In this document: piece after piece, positions 62,652 to 64,000 of the stretch
Numbering within the stretch: the stretch's first letter is position 1
Layout: each line of letters starts with the position of its first letter
Assembly (NCBI GenBank): GCA_027021705.1
Contig: JALUTT010000059.1
Coordinates: 69,687-133,686 of the forward strand
DNA: 64,000 nt
Origin: Anaerolineae bacterium
Lineage (GTDB): Bacteria > Chloroflexota > Anaerolineae > S140-20
Reading direction: 5' to 3'
Translations under genes and position numbers: made by a program
Notes under the pieces: generated by a model
What the model was told of the DNA's origin: nothing
Seen by the model: the letters and a program-made list of their open reading frames with translations, nothing else
Databases searched by the model: none

Positions 62652-62667
62652 AGGGAGGAACGAGGAG

Positions 62668-63769
62668 ATGGAAGAGTTGCAGCTTCGCATCGTGGCCCTG
62701 CAGGAGAAACTCGAACATATCTGGAGGTATCTTTGACATCGTCAAGAAGGAAGAGGAGCTGAGCCGACTGGAGAAGGAGGCCAGCCGTCCCACCTTCTGG
62801 GACAGCCCGGAGACGGCTCAGGCGGTGATGCGGGACCTGGCCGCCCTGCGGGAGGAGGTGGACCGCTGGAGGGCCTATCGGCAGCGGTTGGAGGATACCG
62901 CCGAACTGCTGCAACTGGCCGTGGAGGAGGATGACCAGGCTCTCCTTGAGGAAGTCGCTGCTGAGGTGGATGGGCTGGAGGCGGAGATGAAGCGGTTGGA
63001 GTTCAAGATGCTCCTCTCCGGCCCCCACGATCGGGCCGATGCCATCCTCGCCATCCACGCGGGTGCTGGTGGCACCGATGCCCAGGACTGGGCCCAGATG
63101 CTCTTGCGGATGTACCTGCGCTGGGCCGAGGCCAAGGGCTATAAGACGGAGCTCTTAGACAAGCTGGATGGGGAGGAGGCCGGCATCAAGCGGGCGATGG
63201 TGCGCGTCAGCGGCCCCTATGCCTACGGCTACCTGCGGGCGGAGCGGGGTGTCCATCGGCTGGTTCGTCTCTCTCCCTTCGACGCAGCCCATCGGCGTCA
63301 TACCTCCTTCGCGCTGGTCGAGGTCTGGCCCGACATCGCCGACGAGATCGAGATTGAGATTGACCCCAACGACCTGCAGATTGAGACCTTCCGGGCGGCC
63401 GGCGCGGGAGGACAGCACGTCCAGAAGAACGAGACCGCCGTGCGCATCACCCACATCCCCACCGGCATCGTCGTCTCCTGCCAGAATGAGCGCTCCCAGA
63501 CCCAGAACCGGGAGATGGCCCTGCGCATCCTCCGGGCTCGGCTGTACGAGTTGGAGGAGCGCAAGAAGCAGGCGGAGCTGGCAGCCCTGAAGGGAGATCA
63601 CGTCGAAGCGGGATGGGGCAACCAGATCCGCTCCTACGTCTTGCACCCCTACCAGATGGTCAAGGACCACCGGACCGGTTACGAGACAGGCAACGCGGCG
63701 GCCGTCCTGGATGGGGCCCTTGACCCTCTCATCGAAGCCTACCTGCGGGTGATCCCCGAGAGGGCCTGA
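62668..63769 (+). CDS. prfB: Peptide chain release factor 2, with programmed +1 frameshift at 62731-62737
   Basis: GGAGG-TAT-CTT-TGA-C slippery site, SPF anticodon motif, GGQ. Confidence 0.97.
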
Positions 63770-63937
63770 TCTCAGGAGGTGACAGGGAAGCCGGCCTGCT
63801 CCTGCGAGGGTCAGTTCCCTGTCGCCTCAGCTTCTTGAGATAAGCTTCTCAACGCCTGGGTAGTTATGTTTTGGTGATTGTTCCGAGTTTGGTGGAAGAT
63901 TCAGAGGAGGCGAAGGGTCCCCCCATCTTGAGGGCTT

Positions 63938-64000
63938 TCAAGCAGCCACGAGTTCGGCGAGGTCGTAATCGGCTGCCTGAGCGCCCAGCCAGCCCAAGAG
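63938..64000 (-). CDS. 3' end of an unidentified minus-strand ORF (partial)
   Basis: Reads LLGWLGAQAADYDLAELVAA* from the window edge. Too short to identify. Confidence 0.3.
   Translation of the reverse strand, partial: LLGWLGAQAADYDLAELVAA

Noticed and set aside
63770..64000. Possible IS end after prfB
   Set aside because: Only 20 codons of an ORF and an AT-richer stretch are visible, with no second end or TSD inside the window.

Overview
High-GC bacterial chromosome segment, most likely Chloroflexota (Anaerolineae-like). This is inferred from the C-terminal 'x-L/M-P-L/M-V' surface-protein motifs, the large Alu-domain SRP RNA and an rpoC coiled-coil insertion. From left to right: (1) a TetR-like gene end, an ABC-2 efflux cluster and two HlyD adaptors; (2) a minus-strand LIV-type ABC uptake operon interleaved with two acyl-CoA ligases; (3) a small relic with lower apparent GC (GNAT, truncated HerA-like ATPase, decayed DDE transposase); (4) a ~25 kb block of two giant surface proteins (5936 aa LamG/PA14/LVIVD protein and ~2140 aa FG-GAP/invasin-repeat protein); (5) a stand-alone rpoC with its own promoter and terminator, and no adjacent rpoB; (6) rsmA, yabE-like, SRP RNA and tRNA-Ser(GGA); (7) a promoter-delimited three-gene unit encoding a heptad coiled-coil/PD-(D/E)XK protein, a membrane-anchored zinc-ribbon + 4xOB-fold protein and an orphan TctA-like membrane protein, proposed here as a candidate DNA-uptake system; (8) hflX, ROK kinase, alkaline-phosphatase-family gene, ftsY and frameshifted prfB. 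A ~120-bp MITE with nested inverted repeats and exact 8-bp target-site duplications occurs four times, with two divergent relatives. All family calls come from motif recognition by eye, no searches were run, and domain boundaries are approximate.
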